From positions 1 through 14,850 of the forward strand of contig JBHLLG010000067.1 in NCBI GenBank assembly GCA_048885925.1: a stretch of DNA of 14,850 nt, written 5' to 3'. Under the pieces are notes generated by a model, which was given only the letters and a program-made list of their open reading frames with translations, was not told the DNA's origin and searched no databases. The first letter of the stretch is position 1. Each line of letters opens with the position of its first letter. This DNA is from Candidatus Hermodarchaeota archaeon. GTDB lineage: Archaea > Asgardarchaeota > Lokiarchaeia > Sigyniarchaeales > SOKP01. This document shows, piece by piece, positions 1 to 6,917 of the stretch. Position numbers and translations under genes: made by a program.

Positions 1-1
1 T

Positions 2-640
2 ACTTTTGAACCTTTAATAAAAATATTAAATCCAATATTAAATAGTATATGGGAAAATGCCTATCCAGATACATATCTTACTACTCAAGTTACTGTTGAA
101 AAGACCCCTAGAACACTTACTTCTGTTAAACCCATAGTTAAAGCAAAAGTTCAATCTGCAAAATTAGTACAAAAGCCACCTCAAGAAATAGAGATAGAAA
201 AAACAAAACCGAAAGTTACAGTACCTCCCCAAATTCAGGAAATTCCTAAGGTTGATAAAAGATATATTAAAAATGTAAAGATAGAAACTACGATTCCCTC
301 CAGTATTAAACCTCAAAATACAGGTTTAAAACAAAAATTACGAGAAAAAATAAATTTTGTATCAGCAGTTAAGCCTAAAGCTGGTGATGATGCAGCAGTA
401 GAAATAAAATCTGCGTTCGATAATTTAATTCAAAGATTAGACAGTCTTAAAGGAGATCAGTTTGGTAATGAACTACAGAATATCGCTGATCTAATTTTAG
501 AGAAAAAAGGATTCTCAATTACCCTACATAAAATAAGAAGTATTATTAATAAATTTAAAGAAAAACTTAGCTTATTGGATCAGAATGATAAGAAAGAAAT
601 CATAGAAGAAATTGAAAGTTGGAAACAAAAATTATTTTAA
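2..640 (+). CDS. Hypothetical protein, 3' part only (5' end outside window); Pro/Lys/Thr-rich linker followed by a helical C-terminal domain
   Basis: Translated by hand: frame 2 is open from base 2 (TFEPLIKILNPILNSIWENAYPD...) to TAA at 638-640, ending ...IADLILEKKGFSITLHKIRSIINKFKEK...IEEIESWKQKLF*. Missing from the ORF track because the start is outside the window. Confidence 0.85.
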   Translation, partial: TFEPLIKILNPILNSIWENAYPDTYLTTQVTVEKTPRTLTSVKPIVKAKVQSAKLVQKPPQEIEIEKTKPKVTVPPQIQEIPKVDKRYIKNVKIETTIPSSIKPQNTGLKQKLREKINFVSAVKPKAGDDAAVEIKSAFDNLIQRLDSLKGDQFGNELQNIADLILEKKGFSITLHKIRSIINKFKEKLSLLDQNDKKEIIEEIESWKQKLF

Positions 641-678
641 ATGAATTGCTTTTCGGTTATTCCTATTTAGTCTATTAA

Positions 679-1455
679 TTAAGATTGATTTTTTATCCTT
701 CTTCTAATGAAGTGAAGAAAAAAACCTCTAATAATAATTATGAACCCCAAAATAAATGAACCTAAAAAGAAGATAGATACTATAATAGAAACTAAAAAAT
801 TTGGATTCAATATACCAATAATACCGAGAATAGGGCATAATGGGGCTAAAGTGAATAAAAGAACATAAAAGCTTTTATCCTTCTCTTTTAAGTGAATATA
901 CGTAGTAATATTAAACCATGCAAATAAGATCATAAATATGGGAATTAACAATGAAGAAATCTCCAGAAAAGGATAGTTGAGATCGCCCATACCAAAAGCA
1001 TAAAAATAATTAGTATAAAAATAAGTAATGAGAAGTAATGCCGTAACTGGAGTTGGAACTCCCGTGTATCCTGAATCTTTTGCTACATTAAAGCGTGCTA
1101 ACCTTAACATTGCCCCTATCGCAAAACAAATTGCACCAACTATAATAAATAGATCTAAAATATCTCCTGTTTTAAAAGATTGGTATGTCAATATCGCAGG
1201 TGCTATACCAAAAGTTAAACAATCGCTTAAAGAATCTAATTCTCGGCCCATTTCATTTATAGTTTTAGTCTTTCGAGCAATATAGCCATCTATCGCATCT
1301 GTACCTAATGAGACAGATATCAAGAAAAAACCTAATGATAAATACGCACGACTTCCAATACTTGCACAGACTAAAGCTATAATCCCAAGAGTTGTTCCTA
1401 TAAGAGTAATATAATCTTTATGTTTTAATAATTTTGGAATGCTCCTACTTGACAT
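679..1455 (-). CDS. pssA: CDP-alcohol phosphatidyltransferase, probably archaetidylserine/phosphatidylserine synthase (PssA subclass II)
   Basis: Complete CDP-alcohol phosphotransferase motif DAIDGYIARKTKTINEMGRELDSLSD, followed by PssA-typical FGIAPA, LRLARFN and GYTGVPTP; multiple TM segments. Family is secure; serine specificity is inferred from the downstream motifs. Confidence 0.85.
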   Translation of the reverse strand: MSSRSIPKLLKHKDYITLIGTTLGIIALVCASIGSRAYLSLGFFLISVSLGTDAIDGYIARKTKTINEMGRELDSLSDCLTFGIAPAILTYQSFKTGDILDLFIIVGAICFAIGAMLRLARFNVAKDSGYTGVPTPVTALLLITYFYTNYFYAFGMGDLNYPFLEISSLLIPIFMILFAWFNITTYIHLKEKDKSFYVLLFTLAPLCPILGIIGILNPNFLVSIIVSIFFLGSFILGFIIIIRGFFLHFIRRRIKNQS

Positions 1456-1544
1456 TCTGCGTTTTTATTTGTTTTATATTAATAATTATTAAACCGTATT
1501 CAATTAAAACATTTTCATGAGAAGAAAATTATTACAATATCTAC

Positions 1545-1558
1545 CCGAAAGTTAATAA
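1545..1558 (+). promoter_or_regulatory. Archaeal BRE + TATA box for the LURP-one/scramblase-like gene
   Basis: CCGAAA-GTTAATAA: purine-rich BRE directly followed by a TATA-like box, about 75-90 nt upstream of ATG 1634. Confidence 0.55.
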
Positions 1559-1565
1559 GACTATC

Positions 1566-1594
1566 CTATCTATTAAACATTGTTAAATAGATAG
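1566..1594. promoter_or_regulatory. 14-1-14 inverted repeat, candidate transcription-factor operator
   Basis: CTATCTATTAAACA-T-TGTTAAATAGATAG; the arms are reverse complements at 13 of 14 positions; centred at 1580, where the start site predicted from the TATA box falls. Confidence 0.6.
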
Positions 1595-1633
1595 CAAAAT
1601 ATAACAAAAATATAAAAAAATAAGGTGGAAATA

Positions 1634-2347
1634 ATGCCATATTGTGCAAGTTGTGGGGCTGAAATAAAAGATTTAACTCAAAATTTTTGCGAACAATGCG
1701 GATCTCCAATTCCAGATAGCGTGAGACAAGCTCAACCCGCTTCTACTCCAGTAAGGACAACACCAACTATGCCTTCAGGTATTGAGTCTTATCATCGTGC
1801 GGGAGGATTATTTGATCTTAACCGGAACTACTACATTTTAAAGGAAAAATACTGGGATTGGGGCTCCGGTGATATACTTGATGAAAAAAATCAACCCATT
1901 GGACGGATGAAAAGAGTTATATTAAGCATTAGGCGTAGAGTAGAATTACAAGAAATTGATGGTACAATTTCAGCAACAATTCACTCCAAAATCATATCTG
2001 CTCGCGGAGCTCAAGATTTAAAAGATCCTCAAGGAAACTTAATAGCCCGTATCAAGAAAAAAATCTTATCATTCTTTAGACCTGTATTTTATCTCGAGGA
2101 TCCTAATGGAAATCAATGGTTCCGTGCTCAAGGTAAGTTCATGGGGTTCTCGTTCAAGGTCTATGATGTGACAACTGGTAATGTCGTGGCAGAGATAGAA
2201 AAAGCCGATAAATGGAGAGATTTATTCCTTGGTGGATTGTTTGATTTTAAGGATACATATGCTCTAAGAATACTTGATAACGAAACTGATCGAAGAATTC
2301 TTTTGGGATTTGTACTTTCAATAGATAACGTTCTACACGATTCTTAA
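1634..2347 (+). CDS. Zinc-ribbon + LURP-one/Tubby-C/phospholipid-scramblase-like domain protein
   Basis: N-terminal CASCG...NFCEQCG zinc ribbon, Pro-rich linker, then repeated beta-hairpins (ILDEKNQPIGRMK, LKDPQGNLIARIKKK, VYDVTTGNVVAEIEK), DTYAL and a terminal hydrophobic helix (RRILLGFVLSID), as in LURP-one/scramblase barrels. ATG 1634 is preferred over the track's GTG 1625 because that GTG lies inside the SD-like AGGTG (1623-1627). Confidence 0.85.
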   Translation: MPYCASCGAEIKDLTQNFCEQCGSPIPDSVRQAQPASTPVRTTPTMPSGIESYHRAGGLFDLNRNYYILKEKYWDWGSGDILDEKNQPIGRMKRVILSIRRRVELQEIDGTISATIHSKIISARGAQDLKDPQGNLIARIKKKILSFFRPVFYLEDPNGNQWFRAQGKFMGFSFKVYDVTTGNVVAEIEKADKWRDLFLGGLFDFKDTYALRILDNETDRRILLGFVLSIDNVLHDS

Positions 2348-2367
2348 ATAATATTAATAAAATCAAA

Positions 2368-2379
2368 TTTCTCTTTTTT
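2368..2379 (+). terminator. Oligo-T archaeal terminator candidate
   Basis: TTTCTCTTTTTT about 20 nt after the stop at 2347. Confidence 0.4.
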
Positions 2380-2559
2380 AATTATATTTGTTTGAAATAA
2401 ATAATACATATTTTACTTAAGGATAGATATAAATTTTCAAACACTACTAATTATAATAAATTTAAATTAATAATAAGTAATTTTAAATTTTAAGTAACAA
2501 ATTGCAAAAATTAATCAATAAATCAAATCATCATAGAGTTATTTCCTTATTGAACTAAA

Positions 2560-3636
2560 ATGACAGAATATGAACATTTTATGGTTTATGAACTGGATGA
2601 TTCAGGCGAGAGGTTAAAGTTAAATATAGACGAAGCACAACTAGAGGAAAGTTTACATCCAGAGCAAGTTTTAGTAATAGTTAAAGAAGATTTACGTAGG
2701 ATTTTTATTTGGAAGGGTGGAAAATCCTCTGTACGAAAACGTTTTATTAGTTCAAGAGTAGCCCAAACGCTTCAAGAAGAATTAATGAAAGATTCGAGAT
2801 ATCATCGATGTAAAATTGTATCTGTGGATGCGGGCGATGAGCCATCAGAGTTCTTAAATGCATTTGGATTAGAATCAATGGTAGTAACTGAACGTTTAGC
2901 TGATATGCGTTATATAAGGAATATTGAACGAGAAAGAATGGAACAGGCAGCGATTTCTGATATTTCTCCAAAAGTAACAACATCACAATCTACAGATGAA
3001 TATTTCTCGCCTGCATTACAAGATACGAGCAATGAGGTTGTAGTTTCATCATATGCAAGAACTCCTCCTTCACCAAAAGCGGGAACTCATAAACAACCTA
3101 TGGTACAATTATCAGCGGTAGGTAAAGCAACTGGTTTATCAGATGAACAAAAACAAATAATTAAAAACAGAATTTTAAAAACTGATGTTTCTAATGGTTA
3201 TAAACGCCTAAATCTTATTTTAGGCCATTCTCTTTACGCTGCAGTTTCAAAATCCGCTAAAGTGTTTGGAAAAGAAGTTGAAGAAACCGATTGGGAACCT
3301 GTTAAAAAAGTTCCTAAAGACATGTTAGAATTGGATCATCATATATTAAGAGTATATTTCGATGAAAAAAAGGGTATTGTAGAAGCTATAGAAGTATTAG
3401 AAAAAGAAGTCACTCCAAAAAGTAAGGAAATTGCAAAAGAAACAGAATCTTCCAAGGAAAAAGTCGATTTTAATTCTATGACTGTAAAAGATTTAAAGGC
3501 TTATGCTGAAGAAAAAAAAATTGATTTACCCAGTAATGCAAAAAAAGCAGAAATAATTGAGATTTTAGAGCAAGCTAATCAAAAAAATCCAAACAGTCGA
3601 AGACAATTACCAAAAATCCCTAGTAATGACGATTAA
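2560..3636 (+). CDS. Asgard-type single-domain gelsolin protein (1DGelX-like) with an additional C-terminal HeH/SAP-like domain
   Basis: aa ~7-103 match a gelsolin repeat (LHPEQVLVIV...RIFIWKGGKSS...long helix...KIVSVDAGDEPSEFLNAFG). Then a Ser/Pro/Thr linker, a globular ~90 aa domain (nt ~3136-3405, probably Asgard 'domain X'), and DFNSMTVKDLKAYAEEKKIDLPSNAKKAEIIEIL (helix-extension-helix pattern). Confidence 0.85.
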   Translation: MTEYEHFMVYELDDSGERLKLNIDEAQLEESLHPEQVLVIVKEDLRRIFIWKGGKSSVRKRFISSRVAQTLQEELMKDSRYHRCKIVSVDAGDEPSEFLNAFGLESMVVTERLADMRYIRNIERERMEQAAISDISPKVTTSQSTDEYFSPALQDTSNEVVVSSYARTPPSPKAGTHKQPMVQLSAVGKATGLSDEQKQIIKNRILKTDVSNGYKRLNLILGHSLYAAVSKSAKVFGKEVEETDWEPVKKVPKDMLELDHHILRVYFDEKKGIVEAIEVLEKEVTPKSKEIAKETESSKEKVDFNSMTVKDLKAYAEEKKIDLPSNAKKAEIIEILEQANQKNPNSRRQLPKIPSNDD

Positions 3637-3721
3637 TATTTAAATTATCTAAAAATGCAATCCATTCTAATATAATATTTTATCCTGCTAAAATAAATAA
3701 ATTGAAAAAAATCAAATATCC

Positions 3722-4318
3722 TTAAGATATCATATTATCATTATCTTCTGAAATATCTTCTTTTTTAGGTTTATCGCTTTCTTTTTCCCTACCCTCTGGT
3801 TTTCCCTCGTCAAATTCTTTTGGTTTAACCTTTTTTTTAATCTTTTTCAACCCTTCGATCGCTTCTTTTCGTACTAGAGCGCTCTCATCTTTAAGTGCTT
3901 TTGTTAATGCGTTCAAACTATAAGGATGATGTAAGTCGCCTAATTCATCTGCTGCTTCTTTTCTAACATTTTCATCTGGATCATTTAAGAGAACATAAGT
4001 TAAAACACCTAATACTTTTGTATCTCCAAAATCTCCTAATGTATCAATAGCTTCTTTTCTAACCTCTGGATCTGGATCTATGATAGCAGTCACTGCTAAT
4101 TCTTTCGATATCTCATCTCTACCAATTGGTTCGATTTCACTTAAATCAACTCCGCAATATTTACAAAAATTATGTAAAATTTTAATGTCTCGACCGCACG
4201 CTGGACATATTCTACGAGTATTAAAATCAATAGCCACTCTTGTAGGTTGAGGAGGTGCCTGTTTTACCCTGTATGGATTAAAAGTTGGATCTGGTCTAAT
4301 TCTTCTATCTTTTCCCAT
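3722..4318 (-). CDS. Zinc-ribbon + HEAT (PBS-lyase-type) repeat protein
   Basis: CPACG...NFCKYCG ribbon; three HEAT repeats DPDPEVRKEAIDTLG / DPDENVRKEAADELG / DESALVRKEAIEGLK; charged, probably disordered tail. Confidence 0.85.
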   Translation of the reverse strand: MGKDRRIRPDPTFNPYRVKQAPPQPTRVAIDFNTRRICPACGRDIKILHNFCKYCGVDLSEIEPIGRDEISKELAVTAIIDPDPEVRKEAIDTLGDFGDTKVLGVLTYVLLNDPDENVRKEAADELGDLHHPYSLNALTKALKDESALVRKEAIEGLKKIKKKVKPKEFDEGKPEGREKESDKPKKEDISEDNDNMIS

Positions 4319-4325
4319 AATAATC

Positions 4326-4368
4326 CTATGAAAAAATTAATTCATTACTATGAATAATGTTATTCATA
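4326..4368. promoter_or_regulatory. Tandem palindromic sites CTATGAA-N8-TTCAT with 22-bp period, upstream of the HEAT gene
   Basis: CTATGAA-aaaattaa-TTCAT (4326-4345) and CTATGAA-taatgtta-TTCAT (4348-4367). The second extends to a perfect 9-2-9 palindrome TATGAATAA-tg-TTATTCATA (4349-4368). Confidence 0.6.
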
Positions 4369-4398
4369 TTTTTAATTTTAATTTAATTAAAATAATAG

Positions 4399-4417
4399 AA
4401 AAAAAAAGGAAAAAAAA
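4399..4417 (-). terminator. Oligo-T terminator of fbaB
   Basis: Minus strand reads T8-CC-T9 immediately after the aldolase stop (4421). Confidence 0.6.
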
Positions 4418-4420
4418 TTC

Positions 4421-5482
4421 TTAAGCAATTGTGATATCCTTATTTAAATAAACATCTTGAACAGTATTTAAAATTTTTATTCCTTCCGGTGTGGGTCTTT
4501 TAAAAGCTTTACGTCCCAAAATTAAACCCATCCCACCAGATCGCTTGTTTATAACAGCAGCTCTTACTGCATCTTGAAGATCACTCCCACCAGATTCACC
4601 ACCAGAATTAATAAGACCTGCTCGTCCCATATAGCAATTGGCAACTTGATATCTATTCCAATCAATGTCATTATCTGGAGCAAGTTTTTCATAAACAAGT
4701 TTATCAGTTTTACCAAATTTAAGGTCTAAAAATCCTCTACTGAGAGTAGATAGTTTTTGCTTTATAATATCTGCTTCAATTGTAACTCCCAGATAATTAG
4801 CTTGGCTTTCTAAATCATTAGCAGTGTGATAGTCTTTTCCCTCTTTAATGAATTCCTCTTTATTTCTTAAATAGCACCAGAGTACACATACTAAACCTAA
4901 CTCATGAGCATATCTAAAGGATTCACTAATTTCTTGAATTTGGCGTCGTGATTCAATAGAGCCGAAATATATCGTAGCACCTACAGCTGCTGCACCCATA
5001 TCCCATGCTTGATCAACATTCGCAAATAATGTTTGATCAGAAAGTTCTGGTTTTGTTAAGAGTTCATTATGATTAATCTTCACAATGAAAGGGATTTTAT
5101 GAGCATATCTTCTTGCAACTGAACCTAAAACGCCAAGAGTAGATGCAACTGCATTGCATCCCCCATTAATTGCTAGTTTAACAATATTTTCTGGATCAAA
5201 ATATGAAGGATTTACAGCAAAACTTGCTGAAGCAGTGTGCTCAATACCCTGGTCAACTGGTAAAACTGAGAGATACCCTGTTCCTGCTAATCTTCCGGTT
5301 TGATTGAATAATCGTTCCATATTATTCAAGACAAGATTATTTCTATCTGAATGTTCTACAACTCGTTCAATAAAGTCTGGTCCAGGATGATGTATCATTT
5401 CCCTAGGAATTCCTTTGCACGTATGATTCAATAAATTGTCTGCATCGGGTCCAATTAAATTTTTAATTTCTGATAAATTCAT
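4421..5482 (-). CDS. fbaB: Class I fructose-bisphosphate aldolase, FbaB/DhnA (E. coli-like long form)
   Basis: [54 protein letters not shown] (Schiff-base Lys), [33 protein letters not shown] and terminal ITIA, all matching FbaB as I recall it. Confidence 0.95.
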   Translation of the reverse strand: MNLSEIKNLIGPDADNLLNHTCKGIPREMIHHPGPDFIERVVEHSDRNNLVLNNMERLFNQTGRLAGTGYLSVLPVDQGIEHTASASFAVNPSYFDPENIVKLAINGGCNAVASTLGVLGSVARRYAHKIPFIVKINHNELLTKPELSDQTLFANVDQAWDMGAAAVGATIYFGSIESRRQIQEISESFRYAHELGLVCVLWCYLRNKEEFIKEGKDYHTANDLESQANYLGVTIEADIIKQKLSTLSRGFLDLKFGKTDKLVYEKLAPDNDIDWNRYQVANCYMGRAGLINSGGESGGSDLQDAVRAAVINKRSGGMGLILGRKAFKRPTPEGIKILNTVQDVYLNKDITIA

Positions 5483-5617
5483 GTTTCTTCACTAAATTTA
5501 CATTTGAATTAAAATTAATGAAAAAGTAAGAGTCCTTAAAATAAAATATTTTTCTTTTAAATCTTTTTTAAATAATTCATGTGTAGAGAAGAATTAGGTA
5601 AGAAATATCCAAAAAAG

Positions 5618-5902
5618 TTATTCAAAATTATTACTTCCATTAAAAAATTCTTTTAATAATTGAGATATGAGATTATAATTACTAGAATGAACTTTAGGAG
5701 TCCCACTTTCCATTTTCAATAATATTTTTCGCTTCTCTTTTCCTTTAGATTCTAATTTTATTGTTAATTTTTTGGATTCATATTTAGTATTTCTATCTTT
5801 TGATAACCTTTCTCCCCATAAACTATCAATTTTATCTGCTATTTCCTGCTTATTATTAAATGATTTTGTTTTAGAAGGATTTAATAATTTTTGGGTCTCC
5901 AT
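5618..5902 (-). CDS. Small basic hypothetical protein (94 aa)
   Basis: ATG-started ORF filling the gap without overlap; SD-like AAGTGA just upstream; no recognisable motif. Confidence 0.6.
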   Translation of the reverse strand: METQKLLNPSKTKSFNNKQEIADKIDSLWGERLSKDRNTKYESKKLTIKLESKGKEKRKILLKMESGTPKVHSSNYNLISQLLKEFFNGSNNFE

Positions 5903-6044
5903 TTTCTTTTCACTTAGCCTAATGATTTTGACACAGTTATATTAAATACTCTAACTACAATTATTTAAAGTCCCATTATATCATCAAATTAAATTTTTTA
6001 TTAATAAAAAAAAATTTTTCTTTTAACCTTTCTTTTACTAATTC

Positions 6045-6383
6045 ATGCCAGATGAATTTGATTTCAAGAAGTTCAAAACAATGGAGGAATTTAGTAAAAC
6101 AGTTGAGGGAACAAGATATCTACATGAGCTTTATCTAAGAGCTGTAAATAATCCTGTTCGAAGAGAAATCTTAGAAATAGTTAATAAATCAAAAAAAATA
6201 TCAAAAAAGGATTTATACAAGAAGTTGTTGGAAAATAAAACGATATTAGATGAAAATATGTTTAATTATAATATAGATTTTTTAACTAAAGCTTTTTGTA
6301 TTAAATCTAACGAAGATGAAGAAAATAAGGAAATTTTTTATGAAATTACTCAAAGTGGAAAGGTAATTGAATACTTAGAGTAA
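6045..6383 (+). CDS. ArsR-like winged helix-turn-helix protein
   Basis: RAVNNPVRREILEIV (ArsR helix 1-2 pattern), MFNYNIDFL recognition-helix region, wing ending YEITQSGK. Confidence 0.75.
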   Translation: MPDEFDFKKFKTMEEFSKTVEGTRYLHELYLRAVNNPVRREILEIVNKSKKISKKDLYKKLLENKTILDENMFNYNIDFLTKAFCIKSNEDEENKEIFYEITQSGKVIEYLE

Positions 6384-6403
6384 TTGAGATTGAAATAACG
6401 TAA

Positions 6404-6847
6404 TTATTCTGTCATGTTTTTAAAACAATTGCAACAAGGAACTCCCAAATGCAAATTTAATTTTAATAGTCTACTCCTTTTTAAGGTCATTAATCGAATT
6501 AATTCTTCTATTAACGATTTTTTATTATCATCAAAATAGAGCTGTTTTAAATTAAAATAATGGTTGAAATTACCACAAATTGGGCAAGTTGAATAGAATT
6601 TTGTAAATTTTTTGAATATTTTTTTTTCTGAATCAGACAACTTCTTCAATTTTAAATCAGGATTACTTTCAATGATGTTTTTCAGGTTATTTAATTCGTT
6701 CAACATGGAATCTCTTAATAGATTAGAAGCATTTCTATGTAAATGTTCATTTTGATGTATTATTATCTCTGAATTATCGAATTTATCGATATATTCAGCT
6801 GCTTCATTGAAAAACCGTAATTCCTTTTTAATTATTTTATCTTGCAT
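6404..6847 (-). CDS. Hypothetical protein with probable Zn-binding motif (CPICG ... CCNC)
   Basis: 147 aa ORF with CxxC and C-terminal CCxC; convergent with the wHTH gene across a 20-nt gap. Confidence 0.7.
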   Translation of the reverse strand: MQDKIIKKELRFFNEAAEYIDKFDNSEIIIHQNEHLHRNASNLLRDSMLNELNNLKNIIESNPDLKLKKLSDSEKKIFKKFTKFYSTCPICGNFNHYFNLKQLYFDDNKKSLIEELIRLMTLKRSRLLKLNLHLGVPCCNCFKNMTE

Positions 6848-6917
6848 TCAGAAAAACAAAAGAGATTTTTTTAAATGTCTAAAAATAAAATTAGATAAGC
6901 ATTCTAAAAAAATTTTA

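Noticed and set aside
1028-1285. 85-aa plus-strand ORF
   Set aside because: Antisense shadow inside pssA.
2747-2986. 79-aa minus-strand ORF
   Set aside because: Antisense to the gelsolin gene; no motif.
2560-5482. Functional link between aldolase and actin/gelsolin
   Set aside because: Actin binding is known for eukaryotic class I aldolases, which are only distantly related to FbaB/DhnA; fbaB also has its own terminator.
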